DNA from: Mariprofundaceae bacterium
Lineage (GTDB): Bacteria; Pseudomonadota; Zetaproteobacteria; Mariprofundales; J009
DNA length: 36,782 nucleotides
Reading direction: 5' to 3'
Assembly (NCBI GenBank): GCA_015489095.1
Contig: WFMN01000095.1
Span: 1 to 36,782 of the forward strand
Part shown: piece by piece, positions 6,422 to 16,138 of the stretch
How positions within the stretch are numbered: position 1 is the stretch's first letter
Layout of the letters: every line of letters starts with the position of its first letter
Notes under the pieces: generated by a model
Seen by the model: the letters and a program-made list of their open reading frames with translations, nothing else
Told to the model about the DNA's origin: nothing
The model's database searches: none
Translations under genes and position numbers: made by a program

Positions 6422-8254
6422 TTGACCGACATCATCATCCCCGAGCCCATCCTGCTCGATGAACTGGCCAAGCGCGGTTGGGGATTCGAGCAGATGGCCA
6501 ACGGCTGCTGTCTCGATGCGCATGGCGAGCCGATCACGCTGGACGAGTTCCAGCTTTACCTAACCACCCAGCGACCCAGCCTGTTTGCCGCCGCATACCT
6601 CACCGAGCCGGATACCGGTGAACCATACAGCTTTTGGGACTACCAGTTGCCGAGCGTGGACTACACCCACGGTGATGTGGTGCATGAGGATGGGGCGGAG
6701 GTCGGCAAAACCCGTGAAATCGCAGCGCTGCTCTGCTGGTCTGCGTTTACCGGCCACGGCGGGCGGCTGCGCAAGCCTGTCCATCTGGTCGCTGCGCCGC
6801 TCACCTCGCACCTTGGCGAGATTTCCCGCGCCATCGAGGAACAGATCGACCTGAACAAGGATCTGCAGGCCATCACCAAGCTGACCAAGGGCAAACGCTG
6901 GATGCGCTACGAGAACAACCACCTGCTGATGGAGTTCAACACCAATGTCTGGATCTTCTTCCGCCCGGCAGGCTCCGACGGCAATGCCTTCCGTGGCGTG
7001 CATGCCAACGGCTTCTGCATGTTTGACGAGGCGACCAAAATCAAAAACGCCATCATCTTTTCCGAGTTTCATCGCGCCATGAAGCCGGAGGCCACCAGCC
7101 GCATCTATTCGGTGCCGGATGGCGATCGATCCTGCGAGTTTTTCGCCATGTGCCAGCGCGCCATGGCTTTCGACGAGTTTCAACGGCGCTATCCGGACGG
7201 CTACACGGGCAACGGCAGGCCACCTGCTGTGCGATTCAACTGGCCGAAAACCAAGATGCCCGATCCCTTCTGGAACGAGGATCGCCGCAAATACTTCGTC
7301 CAGCTCTACGGCGGCTCCGATTCTGCCGGCTATGTGCGCAATGTGCTCGGCGGCTGGGGCGATGCGGAATCCTCCGTTTTCCCGTGGGCAACCTTCGGAC
7401 CGTGTGTGGTGGATGTGCCGGAGTACCGCAGACTCAAGGTGATGGTGGACGCCAAGGATGGTCGGGTCACGCTGGAGCTGACCCGGTTCGATGCGGTGGT
7501 GGAGGGCAACCGCGTATCCGGCCGCGAGGTGGTGATCTGGGAGCGGTTCGAGCCGCTATCCAACTGGGAGCGGCAGGACGATTGCCGCGATTCCATCGAG
7601 CGGATCGTCTTCGGCGCGTTTGCCGATATGCCGCGTGGCGACAACTACGCCGGCGCCGACTTGGGGCAGACCCGCGACCCGACCGAGATCATGGTCAAGA
7701 TCAAACGCGGTGACACCCTGCGCATGCATAGCCGCATCCAGATCAAGGGGTGCGAATATCGCCACCAGTGCGAGTTCATCCGCGCCATCGACCTGCTGCT
7801 CGACCCCGATGCGGAGCGGGCAGCATGGGGAGCCGACCCCGGCAACGCCGGCACGGTGGTGATCGGCATGCTGGCCAATGAAGATCGCTATCAGGATCGC
7901 AACTTCGCCATGCGGCTCTCCGGCTACGCCTTCGGTGGCGGCTACGATGCCGTTGATCTGCACGGCGATGTCATCACCGACGAGAAGAGCGGCAAGCCGA
8001 TCCGGCAGAACGGCAAGGAGCTCTCCACCGATCTGCTGGTGATGGCGATGCAGAAGCGCCGCTTGCAATATCCGGTTGATCCGGAGCTGTCGCTCTACTA
8101 CCCCAGCCACACCTACAAGCAGGGACCACGCTACCGCACCTTTGCCACGGTTGACGACCATGTGATCGATGCCGACCGGCAACTGATGCTCAATGTAGTG
8201 CTGAACGATTACGGCCAGCACGACGCCTTCGCCTGCGGAGCCAACAAGAGGTAA
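6422..8254 (+). CDS. Terminase large subunit
   Basis: Walker A-like GAEVGKT and Walker B-like CMFDEAT. 610 aa, immediately upstream of the portal gene. TTG start at 6422 is uncertain (alternative ATG at 6494). Confidence 0.8.
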   Translation: MTDIIIPEPILLDELAKRGWGFEQMANGCCLDAHGEPITLDEFQLYLTTQRPSLFAAAYLTEPDTGEPYSFWDYQLPSVDYTHGDVVHEDGAEVGKTREIAALLCWSAFTGHGGRLRKPVHLVAAPLTSHLGEISRAIEEQIDLNKDLQAITKLTKGKRWMRYENNHLLMEFNTNVWIFFRPAGSDGNAFRGVHANGFCMFDEATKIKNAIIFSEFHRAMKPEATSRIYSVPDGDRSCEFFAMCQRAMAFDEFQRRYPDGYTGNGRPPAVRFNWPKTKMPDPFWNEDRRKYFVQLYGGSDSAGYVRNVLGGWGDAESSVFPWATFGPCVVDVPEYRRLKVMVDAKDGRVTLELTRFDAVVEGNRVSGREVVIWERFEPLSNWERQDDCRDSIERIVFGAFADMPRGDNYAGADLGQTRDPTEIMVKIKRGDTLRMHSRIQIKGCEYRHQCEFIRAIDLLLDPDAERAAWGADPGNAGTVVIGMLANEDRYQDRNFAMRLSGYAFGGGYDAVDLHGDVITDEKSGKPIRQNGKELSTDLLVMAMQKRRLQYPVDPELSLYYPSHTYKQGPRYRTFATVDDHVIDADRQLMLNVVLNDYGQHDAFACGANKR

Positions 8255-8356
8255 AACCAGACGCAAGCGTTTTTGTAAACACTTGCGCGCGGCGGATGTA
8301 GCCATCGCCACCATGATGGCAAAACCACGCATATCATTGGCAAAGGCGGCGCTCCG

Positions 8357-10564
8357 GTGAGGCTGTTCGGGCTGGAGATTCGCCGCGCGTCACCGCAGGC
8401 CAGAGCCAAGATCGGTGATGTTACCGCCCACCCCGCCAACGGGCAGGGGGTGTGGACACCATACTTTTCCGGCTACATGGCGCGGGTGGTGTCGCCGGCG
8501 CTGTTTGAGGTGTTGCGCGAATCGGTGCCGGTGCTCGATGCCGCCATCGATCGGCTGGTAACGCTCGACGGCGTGCCGGAGATCGAGGGCGACAATCAGG
8601 CGCTGGTCGATGAGATCAGGGAGTGGGCGGAAACCGTGCGCTGCGGTGATACCGAATACGGCCTCGCCGCCTTCGTGCGTAACTGGCGCAACGAGATCCA
8701 CGAGCAGGGGTTCGGCCTTGGCGAGTGGGTATATTCCGCCGATGGCCGCGATATCGTCCGCCTCAATGTGGCCGATTCCAAGGCGATCCACTTCGGCCGC
8801 AAAAAGGATGGCTCGCTCGGCACCTACTTTTCGCCCTATCACCGCCCGCGCTACATCAAGGATGTGGCCACCGACGGCGTCAATCAGATCCTCTCCGGCC
8901 GTGCCGCTGCCAACCTCTCCGCCACCGTGCTCACCGGGCAGGGCTTCCGCGAGCTGGATATGGCCAACAAGCGCATCATGGCCTACCGCTCGGAAAACGG
9001 CGGCGACCCTTACGGCGTGTCGCTGATGCGCTCGATGGAGTTTGTCAGCAAAACACTGCTCACCATCGAAAACGGCATCCTCAACTCGTGGGAGCGGTTC
9101 GGCGACCCCTCGTTCCATGTCCACTACAAGGCGGCCTCGCGCATCTCCGGCGACGAGTTGGAATCGCGGCGGAAAACCATCGCCGCCAACTTCGCCGCCG
9201 CCATCACCGGCAAGCGGGCAGGGCAGACCGCCGATTTCGTTACCGCAGTGGACAAAGATTCGGACATGAGCATCAGCATCATCGGCCACGATGGGCAGGT
9301 GCTGGATCTGGAAATGCCCGCCCGCCATGTGCTGGAGCAGATCGTCGCCAAAACCGGACTGCCGCCATGGATGCTCGGCCTGATCTGGGGCACCTCCGAG
9401 CGGCTGGCCAAGTTTCAGTCGGAGCTGCTCAAGCAGGAGTCCGACACCCGCACCTCATTCGAGCGTCCCCATGTGGAGGCGGTGATCGCCGCCATGCTCC
9501 GCGCCCGGGGTCGCACATGGAAAGCGGGTGACTGGAAGGTGAAATACGACAAGCCGAACCTCTCCGACGAGGTTGCCAAGGCGCAGGCCAAATTCATGAA
9601 CGCGCAAGCCGATGCCGTCACCGCCAACGCCGGACTGGCCGACGGCCAGAGCGTGACCATCACCACCGGTGATGACCGTGGCATCGACAACGCGCCGAGC
9701 AATGTGGTGACCATCCGGCCGAGTGCCAAGCAGAGATCGCACCGTCATCTCACACCCCACGCATTGGAGACCCGCCCCGTACCCAACCCTGCGCTGGATC
9801 GGGTGGAGCAGGATGCAGTGGATGGGCTGAACAGGCTGTGGAACCAGACCGCAGACCATCTGGTCGCCGCACTCGGATTGCCAACCGACGCCCCCAAAGC
9901 GGGTATGACCAGCGAAGGGTTCAGCTTTACCGAAGCGGACAAGGCAATCATTGCCGCCTCGTTGGCCGATTTCGCTGCCGAAGCGTTTGCCAACGAGGGC
10001 GGCATTGTCGGCCCGATGGAATTGGCTTTGTTGGGCGCATGGGCGCAAGGGGTGATCGATGCGCAACTGGCATCCTCGTTGGACGCACCAGCGGGTGACC
10101 CCATCGACTACGAGGCTGTGCGCCAATTGCGTGGCGTTGCCCAAGGCACCTTCCAGACCAATCTCGACGACAAGTTTGCACCCAAACTGTGGCGCCTGCT
10201 CGAAGCAGGAACCAAGGCTGGTGACAACCCCATCGACATCGCCCGCAATCTGCGCGCCGAGTTCGGCGGTTTCCGCTGGAAATGGGAGCAGATCGCCCGC
10301 AGCGAGGTGGCGATCGCCCACGACCGCGCCCGGAAATCAGAGTGGCAGGCCGAGGTGGACGCAGGGCTGATCGAGGACAAGTTCGACTGGATCCCCGCCC
10401 CCGACGCCTGCCCGATCTGCATGGCGATGGTGAGCGGATTCAACGGCCACAAAGCGCCCTACACGCTGGAGACCCTGCCGCGTCTTGTGCTCGACACCCA
10501 CCCATCGGATCGCTGCGCGATCGCACCGCATGTCGGAACAACAACCCAAGGAGCAACACCATGA
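8357..10564 (+). CDS. Portal protein fused to a Mu-F / SPP1 gp7-like head morphogenesis domain
   Basis: 735 aa, following terL. The C-terminal ~120 aa (WEQIARSEVAIAHDRARKSEW...DWIPAPDACPICMAMV) match the Mu-F-type pattern with a Cys pair. GTG start. Confidence 0.7.
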   Translation: MRLFGLEIRRASPQARAKIGDVTAHPANGQGVWTPYFSGYMARVVSPALFEVLRESVPVLDAAIDRLVTLDGVPEIEGDNQALVDEIREWAETVRCGDTEYGLAAFVRNWRNEIHEQGFGLGEWVYSADGRDIVRLNVADSKAIHFGRKKDGSLGTYFSPYHRPRYIKDVATDGVNQILSGRAAANLSATVLTGQGFRELDMANKRIMAYRSENGGDPYGVSLMRSMEFVSKTLLTIENGILNSWERFGDPSFHVHYKAASRISGDELESRRKTIAANFAAAITGKRAGQTADFVTAVDKDSDMSISIIGHDGQVLDLEMPARHVLEQIVAKTGLPPWMLGLIWGTSERLAKFQSELLKQESDTRTSFERPHVEAVIAAMLRARGRTWKAGDWKVKYDKPNLSDEVAKAQAKFMNAQADAVTANAGLADGQSVTITTGDDRGIDNAPSNVVTIRPSAKQRSHRHLTPHALETRPVPNPALDRVEQDAVDGLNRLWNQTADHLVAALGLPTDAPKAGMTSEGFSFTEADKAIIAASLADFAAEAFANEGGIVGPMELALLGAWAQGVIDAQLASSLDAPAGDPIDYEAVRQLRGVAQGTFQTNLDDKFAPKLWRLLEAGTKAGDNPIDIARNLRAEFGGFRWKWEQIARSEVAIAHDRARKSEWQAEVDAGLIEDKFDWIPAPDACPICMAMVSGFNGHKAPYTLETLPRLVLDTHPSDRCAIAPHVGTTTQGATP

Positions 10565-10902
10565 CAGAAACCACAACCCCAAACGATGACGAGCTGCTGG
10601 CTATCCTGGACGGCACCGTTAAGGAGGTCGCAGCGCAACTGCCCGATCGTACCGACGACGAGCTTGCCATGCTGAAGTTTGCTGAAGAGGCAGGAAACAC
10701 CCGCAAAGGGGTGATCGAAGCGATCGATGCCGAGATGCAGAAACGCACAGCCGAGCAGCTTGCCGCGCTGGAGTCCGCCCAGCCATCGCGATCAGTCGAT
10801 GAGATTCAGGCGGATATCGACGCGCTGGAATCGCAAGCGATCGACATCCACGCCGCCGAACGGCTGCACGCGCTGCGCGCCGAACTGGCCGAGCAGGAAT
10901 AA
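10561..10902 (+). CDS. Hypothetical acidic coiled-coil protein (head module)
   Basis: The ATG at 10561 overlaps the portal stop. 113 aa, rich in E/D/A/L. Confidence 0.5.
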   Translation: MTETTTPNDDELLAILDGTVKEVAAQLPDRTDDELAMLKFAEEAGNTRKGVIEAIDAEMQKRTAEQLAALESAQPSRSVDEIQADIDALESQAIDIHAAERLHALRAELAEQE

Positions 10903-10904
10903 CC

Positions 10905-11969
10905 ATGCGCAACTGGTACGAGATCAAGGCGCTGGCGTCCGGTACCGCCGAGATCGTCATCTATGACGAGATTGGCTACTGGGGCAAGTCGGCGGCGGAT
11001 TTCATTGCCGAACTCAACGCCATCAAGGATGTGACGCAGATCGATCTGCGCATTAACTCCCCCGGTGGTGAGGTGTTTGACGGCCACGCCATCTACAACC
11101 TGCTGCGCGGCCACCCCGCCCATGTTACCGCCTACATCGACGGCATCGCCGCCTCGATTGCCAGCATCATCATGCTGGCTGCCGATGAGATCATTATGCC
11201 ATCGAATGCGCTGGTGATGATCCACGATCCGGTAGTGGCTGCCCACGGCGATGCCGAGGCGCTGCGCAAGGCGGCCGATGTGCTGGAGAAGCTGCGCGGA
11301 ATCCTGCTTGCCGCCTATGTGGCACGCACCGGTGCCGCCGAGGCCGATGTGTCGGCATGGATGGCGGAGGAGACATGGTTTACCGCAGAAGAGGCGCTGG
11401 CCGCAGGGCTGGCCGACACGGTGACCGAATCGGTCAAGGCCGCTGCCGTTTTCGACCCGCGAAAATTTCGCAACGCCCCGCGCGCTGCATTACAGAATCT
11501 GTTGGCTCCGGCCTCCAGTGTACCCAAGAAAAAACAAGGAGAAAATGCAATGACGATTGAACAACTCAAAGCGCAATTGCAGGCCGCCGGAGATCAACAA
11601 GCGGCTCTGCAAACGAAGTTTGATGCGCAAGCCGCCGAACTGGAAACGGTACGCGCATCATTGGCGGAAGCAACGGCTACTATCGAGGCCAATGCCGACA
11701 TGGTAGCCGCGGGCAAGGCATACAAGGCCAAGCTAGTGGCCGATGTTATCCAGGCACGCCGCACGCTGAAGATGATCGGCGACACCCCGGAAGCCACTAC
11801 CGAGGCCGAGGCGTTTATCGCCAGCTGGCCGCTGGCACAGATCGAGGCCGAAGCCAAAAACCTCGCCGCACTCGCCGCCAACCCCAGCGCCAGCGCGCTG
11901 AATGGAAACACTATAACCACAGATGAACCCGGTGCCACCACCTCGTTCCGCAACACCAAGGAGGACTAA
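10905..11969 (+). CDS. ClpP/S49-type prohead protease with a C-terminal scaffold region
   Basis: INSPGGEVFDG, GIAASIASIIM (Ser nucleophile context) and VMIHDP (His). The C-terminal 140 aa are Ala/Glu/Gln-rich and coiled-coil-like. Confidence 0.85.
   Translation: MRNWYEIKALASGTAEIVIYDEIGYWGKSAADFIAELNAIKDVTQIDLRINSPGGEVFDGHAIYNLLRGHPAHVTAYIDGIAASIASIIMLAADEIIMPSNALVMIHDPVVAAHGDAEALRKAADVLEKLRGILLAAYVARTGAAEADVSAWMAEETWFTAEEALAAGLADTVTESVKAAAVFDPRKFRNAPRAALQNLLAPASSVPKKKQGENAMTIEQLKAQLQAAGDQQAALQTKFDAQAAELETVRASLAEATATIEANADMVAAGKAYKAKLVADVIQARRTLKMIGDTPEATTEAEAFIASWPLAQIEAEAKNLAALAANPSASALNGNTITTDEPGATTSFRNTKED
11550..11969 (+). CDS. Putative nested in-frame scaffold protein (lambda C/Nu3-like arrangement)
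   Basis: An internal SD aaggag (11536-11541) sits 8 nt before the in-frame ATG at 11550, exactly at the protease/coiled-coil boundary. Confidence 0.4.
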   Translation: MTIEQLKAQLQAAGDQQAALQTKFDAQAAELETVRASLAEATATIEANADMVAAGKAYKAKLVADVIQARRTLKMIGDTPEATTEAEAFIASWPLAQIEAEAKNLAALAANPSASALNGNTITTDEPGATTSFRNTKED

Positions 11970-11972
11970 CCC

Positions 11973-12314
11973 ATGAGCCTGATCACATCCGGGGTCGATT
12001 ACGACTCCATCAAACTGGCACACACCGCCGCCGTCACCGAAGGGGAGGACATCCTCGCCAATGGGCGCGTGCTGGTGGCGCTCTCTGCCGCCGCGGCCAA
12101 TGCCGTCAACATCTACGCCATCGAGGCACAGCTCGAGGCGCCCAAGGCTCCCGGCGTAGCGGTGGCCGCTGGCGCCACCCTCTACTGGGACAACACCGCC
12201 AAAAACTACACCACCACCGTCGGCACCAACACCAAGGCGGGCTACGCCACCGAGGCGGCGGCAGCCGCGGATACGGTGGTGCAGATGAAACTCACCAACG
12301 ACGCGAATCTGTAA
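11973..12314 (+). CDS. DUF2190-type head decoration/cement-like protein
   Basis: 113 aa between the protease and the capsid gene. Pattern GATLYWDNT...KAGYATEAA is typical of that family. SD aggagg. Confidence 0.6.
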   Translation: MSLITSGVDYDSIKLAHTAAVTEGEDILANGRVLVALSAAAANAVNIYAIEAQLEAPKAPGVAVAAGATLYWDNTAKNYTTTVGTNTKAGYATEAAAAADTVVQMKLTNDANL

Positions 12315-12326
12315 GGAGATCACACC

Positions 12327-13334
12327 ATGAAAATCCATAACGCACAACTTCCCGCCACCGGGATCGACTGGGCAAAAGCCAAAGCCGCCGGTGCACTGGG
12401 GGCAACCCACTCACCAGCCGCCCGCGCCGTATTGCTGCGCGACATCAGCGCCTACATGCTGGAGCAGATCCGCCCCAAGAATGTGGCCGCAGCCCCCGAC
12501 ACCAACCTCGCCGGGCAGAACCAGCGTGAGCTGATCAGTGTATCCGGTGGCGACACCACCGCGCTCGACTTCAGCTATCGCGCCCTGTTCCGCGAGATCG
12601 ATATGCGCAACGCCTCGACAGGCACTTACGAGATGATCGATGCCACCGTTGGCATCACCTTCCGTGAGATCCTGCCCGGCGAGCGGATGAAAACCGGCAA
12701 CATCAGTTCCACCAACCAGTTTATCAAGGCGCTGGAGTACGGGGCGGGTCTCGGTATTCTCGACATCTGGTTGGAGGACAACGAGTTGTTCCGCATCGAG
12801 GACGCGGTGCAGGTCGCGGTCAAGAAGTGGGCGCGGTTTGTTGCCGATGCGCACTACACCCTGCTGGCAGCGGTGGGCACAGGGCAGAATATCGCCTTTG
12901 ATACCACCATCGAGCAGACCATCGACAACGCAGCCAACCAGATCGGAAACCAGCTTGGCGACAAGTTCGGCCTCTCTGATCGCCCGGCGGTCTATGTGTT
13001 GACGGCAGCACCGCACGCGCAGAAGGTGAGCAAAGCGCTGGCCGCGCGCTTTGACAACCCCAACAACAACAACGGCCAGATCCAGGCCAATGTGCAGGGG
13101 CTGTTGACCACCAACAACAGCAAGTTCCCCTCCACCTACAATTTCGGCGCGGGGGCGATCCCCTATGCCGAGGTCATACTGGCGGGCGAGCAGATGGTCA
13201 CGCTGCGCAAACGCGACCTCGGTGTGGAAGAGGCGCGCGAAGCCGCTATCCGTGGCACGGATATGTACTGGTCTGGACGCTTCAACGCCGCCATCGGCGA
13301 AGCGCGTCAGGTCGTGCGGATTCCGTTGCAATAA
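12327..13334 (+). CDS. Major capsid protein
   Basis: 335 aa, at the lambda-E-equivalent position after the protease/scaffold/decoration genes. Strong SD aaggag. Followed by a strong hairpin. Confidence 0.8.
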   Translation: MKIHNAQLPATGIDWAKAKAAGALGATHSPAARAVLLRDISAYMLEQIRPKNVAAAPDTNLAGQNQRELISVSGGDTTALDFSYRALFREIDMRNASTGTYEMIDATVGITFREILPGERMKTGNISSTNQFIKALEYGAGLGILDIWLEDNELFRIEDAVQVAVKKWARFVADAHYTLLAAVGTGQNIAFDTTIEQTIDNAANQIGNQLGDKFGLSDRPAVYVLTAAPHAQKVSKALAARFDNPNNNNGQIQANVQGLLTTNNSKFPSTYNFGAGAIPYAEVILAGEQMVTLRKRDLGVEEAREAAIRGTDMYWSGRFNAAIGEARQVVRIPLQ

Positions 13335-13345
13335 GCGGAGTACAG

Positions 13346-13379
13346 TCAGGGGGCAAGGGCTTTAATCCTTGCCCCCTGA
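13346..13379 (+). terminator. 13-bp perfect stem-loop after the capsid gene (attenuator or mRNA stabiliser; no U-tract)
   Basis: tcagggggcaagg (13346-13358) / loop gctttaat / ccttgccccctga (13367-13379). Confidence 0.5.
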
Positions 13380-13388
13380 TCGCCTGTT

Positions 13389-13850
13389 ATGAGCAAAAAC
13401 ACACCGCAAGAACTGCGCGACGAGGGGTTCGCCCCGGAGCAATTCGGCAAGGATGCGTCAACATGGGACGGCTTTGCCCAGCCGATACTGGACGAAGCCA
13501 ACCAGACGGTGCAGGAGCGCACCGGCACGCAGTACGGCAGCACCGATGCCAATATCGCCAACCACATCAAGCGCGCCGAGCGCTTTTTCGCGGTGGCGGA
13601 GCTGTGGGATATCCGCGCCTCCCGTGTCGATGCGGAATCCTCCGTTGGGCAGGATCACAATCCGGCGGAATCGCGCCACTTTGCCCGCAATGCGGAAAGA
13701 GCATTAAGCAAGGCGAACTACGAGCTGTCGCTGATTCCATCAGCAGCGGCGGCCGCGTCCGCTCCAGCATTCGGCGTGGAAACCTCCACCCATTTCGGCA
13801 ATCCGGCATCAAGCAGGAACAGCCTCGCCGGGCTGGGAGGCGTGCTGTAG
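13389..13850 (+). CDS. Head-tail connector / head completion protein (hypothetical)
   Basis: 153 aa, first gene after the capsid gene. Assigned by position only. Confidence 0.45.
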   Translation: MSKNTPQELRDEGFAPEQFGKDASTWDGFAQPILDEANQTVQERTGTQYGSTDANIANHIKRAERFFAVAELWDIRASRVDAESSVGQDHNPAESRHFARNAERALSKANYELSLIPSAAAAASAPAFGVETSTHFGNPASSRNSLAGLGGVL

Positions 13851-14278
13851 TGGATATCAACATCACCACCAATATCGAGCAGTTTATTCGCCGGCTTGAC
13901 GCGAAAACCGACCGCCTGCCCGCCGCAATCGATAAGGGGCTGTCACGCTGGGCGGTGTTGGCGCACGCCGCGGCGCTGAAAAACCTGTCGGGATCCAATA
14001 GTGATCCGGCCGGATCTTTTCCTGTGCCGGTTCGCACCGGCAACCTGCGCCGAAAAGAGGGGTATGTGTTGCCCGGCACCAGCAAGAACGGATTTACGGC
14101 GAAGAGTGGGCAGGCATTGGTGTTTAACGATGCCAAGTACGCCAGCAACATCCATGAAGGGATGGGTCGGCATTCCCGTTTCGGTAAACGCCAATTTGCG
14201 CTGGATGCTGTCGAGGAGACGCGCGAGGAAGGGGTTAGTGCTGTTTCGCTCGCCATCCGTGAGGCGCTGATGGCATGA
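13850..14278 (+). CDS. HK97 gp10-like head-tail joining protein
   Basis: The GTG at 13850 overlaps the preceding stop. The motif region FPVPVRTGNLRR...NDAKYASNIHEG resembles the gp10 family. Confidence 0.5.
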   Translation: MDINITTNIEQFIRRLDAKTDRLPAAIDKGLSRWAVLAHAAALKNLSGSNSDPAGSFPVPVRTGNLRRKEGYVLPGTSKNGFTAKSGQALVFNDAKYASNIHEGMGRHSRFGKRQFALDAVEETREEGVSAVSLAIREALMA

Positions 14279-14724
14279 GTACGCAATACGACATCATGAC
14301 AGACATCGAGCGCGCCATCACCAGCGATGCCAACCTGTCAGCATGGGCAACTACCACCTTTGGCCGCGCTGTCACCGTCAAGCTGGGTAACCGCCCGCTG
14401 AAAACCCTGCGTCCAGAGGACTACCCCGTGGCGGTAGTGGTGTTTGAGCCAGATACCATCGAGGAGCAGCTCACAGGTGGAACCAACAAAGTCACCGAAG
14501 TTTATCACATCGAAATGGGTGTGTTCTCTGACAACCCCACGCTGGCGATTCAGCACATGGCGGAATTTGAGCGACTGTTGTCTTTGGCTGTTTTATTCGA
14601 CCGCACCCGTGCAGGTATGGCATATCACACCGCTGCAATCGATCGCATTGGCGATGGCGATGTGAACCATCCGTACCATTTCATGGGCGTAAAATTCAAG
14701 GTAAACCGTTTCGGTCCCTATTAA
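14275..14724 (+). CDS. Tail completion/terminator-like protein (hypothetical)
   Basis: 149 aa with an ATGA overlap, positioned between the connector genes and the tail tube gene. Confidence 0.45.
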   Translation: MSTQYDIMTDIERAITSDANLSAWATTTFGRAVTVKLGNRPLKTLRPEDYPVAVVVFEPDTIEEQLTGGTNKVTEVYHIEMGVFSDNPTLAIQHMAEFERLLSLAVLFDRTRAGMAYHTAAIDRIGDGDVNHPYHFMGVKFKVNRFGPY

Positions 14725-14737
14725 CGAGGAGCACATC

Positions 14738-14836
14738 ATGGCAGCAAAACCCAAACCCAACAACAACGACAACCGCGTGCCGGCGCTTGCGCCGCGTAAG
14801 CCTGCGAAACCATCCAAAGAGGAGAAACAGTCATGA
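14738..14836 (+). CDS. Possible 32-aa basic micro-ORF
   Basis: SD gaggag lies 6 nt before the ATG at 14738. The stop overlaps the tail tube ATG (ATGA). Low-complexity sequence MAAKPKPNNNDNR... Confidence 0.25.
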   Translation: MAAKPKPNNNDNRVPALAPRKPAKPSKEEKQS

Positions 14837-15759
14837 CCGTATCTGCACTGAACAAAGCCCTACTGGGCAAGATTGAAACCACCCCCGGCACCGATGCCGC
14901 TCCTGCAGCGGGAACGGATGCCATCCGCATTATCAGCGCCACACCCAATCTGGATGTGTCGCCGCTGGAATACGATGCGGTCAAGCAGACCTTCGGCAAA
15001 CGGGTCGGGCCACTCGATGAGCGCGCGATGTCGCTGGATGTCGAGTTTTACATCCGTTCTGGTGGCGCGCTAGGCACCGTGCCTGATTTCGCGCCGATTG
15101 CGCATGCCGCCGCACATACGGTCGCCTCGGTCGCCAATACCAGCGTATCCATCGACCCGGTTACGGCGATTGGCTCCGCGCGCCACACCGCCAGCTTTTA
15201 CTACTACGAGGACGGGCTGCAATACAAGTATATCGGGGCTGTCTGCTCTGCGTTCTCCATCGACTTCCCGCTCGACGGCGAGATTCGCGCCAAGGCGACT
15301 ATCACCGCGCCATTCTTGGCGCCGACTGCAGTGGCGCTGCCCACGGGTTTGACTTACCAGTCCAGCGATCCCATCCATCCGCGTCCCGCCGATGTGATCA
15401 CCGATGCTGGCACGGCTATCCGTGTGGGGTCGTTTTCGTTCGACTCTGGTATCGCCGGGTCGGTTCGCCGCCTGATCGGCGGTGCCGAGGCCAATGTCAC
15501 CGCGCGTGACCGCAGCAAGATCACCATCAGCAAGGATTCGCTCGGTACCGTGGCAGATATTACCCGCCTGACCGGGGTTACAGCCGGATCGTTTTCGGCG
15601 GTGATGGGCAGCGCAGGCAACCGTCTGACGCTATCCAGCGCCAAGGCGTACTACGGCAATCTCAAATCAGAGACCCAAGATGTGCTGATGATGCGCACCA
15701 TCGACCTGCTGCTCGACGAGACCAACGGCGATGATGCTTACCACATCCTGATCGACTGA
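14833..15759 (+). CDS. Major tail (tube) protein
   Basis: 308 aa, immediately upstream of the G/GT chaperone pair and the tape measure gene. Confidence 0.7.
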   Translation: MTVSALNKALLGKIETTPGTDAAPAAGTDAIRIISATPNLDVSPLEYDAVKQTFGKRVGPLDERAMSLDVEFYIRSGGALGTVPDFAPIAHAAAHTVASVANTSVSIDPVTAIGSARHTASFYYYEDGLQYKYIGAVCSAFSIDFPLDGEIRAKATITAPFLAPTAVALPTGLTYQSSDPIHPRPADVITDAGTAIRVGSFSFDSGIAGSVRRLIGGAEANVTARDRSKITISKDSLGTVADITRLTGVTAGSFSAVMGSAGNRLTLSSAKAYYGNLKSETQDVLMMRTIDLLLDETNGDDAYHILID

Positions 15760-15760
15760 T

Positions 15761-16138
15761 ATGGCACTGAAACTTTTAACCAGAAAAGACGCGCCGCTGA
15801 AAGATGAGACGATGGGTATAGAGGTGCGCCTTGGTCGCTTGTTGCCAGAGCATATCGCGGAGGTGCAGGGGCTGTTGCAGACGGCGGAGACGCGTACGGT
15901 CGCGGCGGTCAAGGTGGGCATGTTTGCCCTGCGCAAGATTGTCTCGGAGATCAGCGTGCGCGGCGAGAAATACGACCCATTGGCATTGGGCTACACGCTT
16001 GATACGCGTGACGCGGACAATGCGGTCTTTTTGACCGGCCTCTCATCGATGATTATCGAGGAGTTGCTGGTCACCGATGAAGCAAAAAAAAAGCACAGCG
16101 CGCAGCCATCGCCTACTGGGGAAGTAAGCGGTGCTTGA
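15761..16138 (+). CDS. Tail assembly chaperone (lambda G-like)
   Basis: 125 aa upstream of the tape measure gene. Contains the slippery heptamer near its 3-prime end. Confidence 0.75.
   Translation: MALKLLTRKDAPLKDETMGIEVRLGRLLPEHIAEVQGLLQTAETRTVAAVKVGMFALRKIVSEISVRGEKYDPLALGYTLDTRDADNAVFLTGLSSMIIEELLVTDEAKKKHSAQPSPTGEVSGA

Noticed and set aside
8313-8360. Mini-ORF MMAKPRISLAKAALR as a frameshifted true N-terminus of the portal protein
   Set aside because: There is no slippery sequence at the junction, and the GTG at 8357 gives a plausible portal N-terminus (RLFGLEIRR). It is flagged only as something to verify at read level.
6560-13331. Long minus-strand ORFs in the track opposite terL, the portal gene and the capsid gene (for example 6560-7183, 7556-8332, 8390-9328, 9455-10321, 12411-13331)
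   Set aside because: They are antisense shadows of well-supported + strand genes in GC-rich DNA. They have Arg/Gly/Ala/Pro-rich low-information translations, no SD, and no phage-like motifs.
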